A DNA stretch of 64,000 nucleotides from Mobula hypostoma. Taxonomy: Eukaryota. Positions 63,737-64,000 of the stretch are shown here, piece by piece (within the stretch, counting starts at the first letter, position 1; each line of letters starts with the position of its first letter). The stretch spans positions 182,530,001 to 182,594,000 of the forward strand of contig NC_086097.1 in NCBI RefSeq assembly GCF_963921235.1. The letters run 5' to 3'. The notes under the pieces were generated by a model, which saw nothing but the letters and a program-made list of their open reading frames with translations, was not told where the DNA came from and searched no databases. The translations under genes and the position numbers were made by a program.

Positions 63737-63831
63737 GGGGCAGAATGTAAAGTGAGGGATGGGGTTGGGGGAGAGGGGGGAGTGAAAGCACGGGATAGAA
63801 AGAGATAAGTGGGGAGAAAGAATGTCAGCTC

Positions 63832-64000
63832 TGAAAACAGTCCTTTCAGCCCAATTTGTCTGTGCTGAACAAACTGCCCGTGTAAGATAATCCCACTTAT
63901 ATCAGTCTAACCCTCTCCTGTCCAAGTGTTTTTTTTTAATGTGCCTACCTCTACCACTTCCTCTGGCAGCTCGTCCCATATATCCACCAGCCTCTGTGTG
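63832..64000 (-). mobile_element. CR1 LINE 3' end fragment, continuing out of the window
   Basis: CTCTACCACTTCCTCTGGCAGCTCGTCCCATATATCCACCAGCCTCTGTGTG is the reverse complement of TQRLVDIWDELPEEVVE. Confidence 0.75.

Overview
Vertebrate genomic DNA, probably from a cartilaginous fish (inferred from CR1, Rex1/Babar and mariner remnants of elasmobranch type). About 85% of the window is tandem repeat, and nearly all long ORFs in the track are repeat read-throughs. Two real genes sit head to head, and the ORF track misses them or captures them only in part. (1) Minus strand: a DRC11/IQCA1-family axonemal gene, probably IQCA1L. It has an 11-nt first coding exon (52227-52217, ATG TCC CAC AG) spliced in phase to a 319-nt exon 2 (27056-26738). 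(2) Plus strand: an ERG potassium channel, probably KCNH2, with a 76-nt first coding exon at 60860-60935 ([25 protein letters not shown]). The most striking feature is that the DRC11-like introns are filled with satellite DNA. Intron 1 (at least 25 kb, with a 200-N gap) is a 32-bp satellite plus a derived 32-bp subfamily, running to within about 16-30 nt of both splice sites. Intron 2 (over 26.7 kb, leaving the window) holds two related 26/28-bp satellites. An abutting forkhead + RFX X-box element lies about 460 bp upstream of the DRC11-like ATG. The KCNH locus has its own minisatellites, a CpG-island-like promoter candidate and a uORF. Gene identities rest on recalled protein similarity and splice-phase logic, not on a database search.
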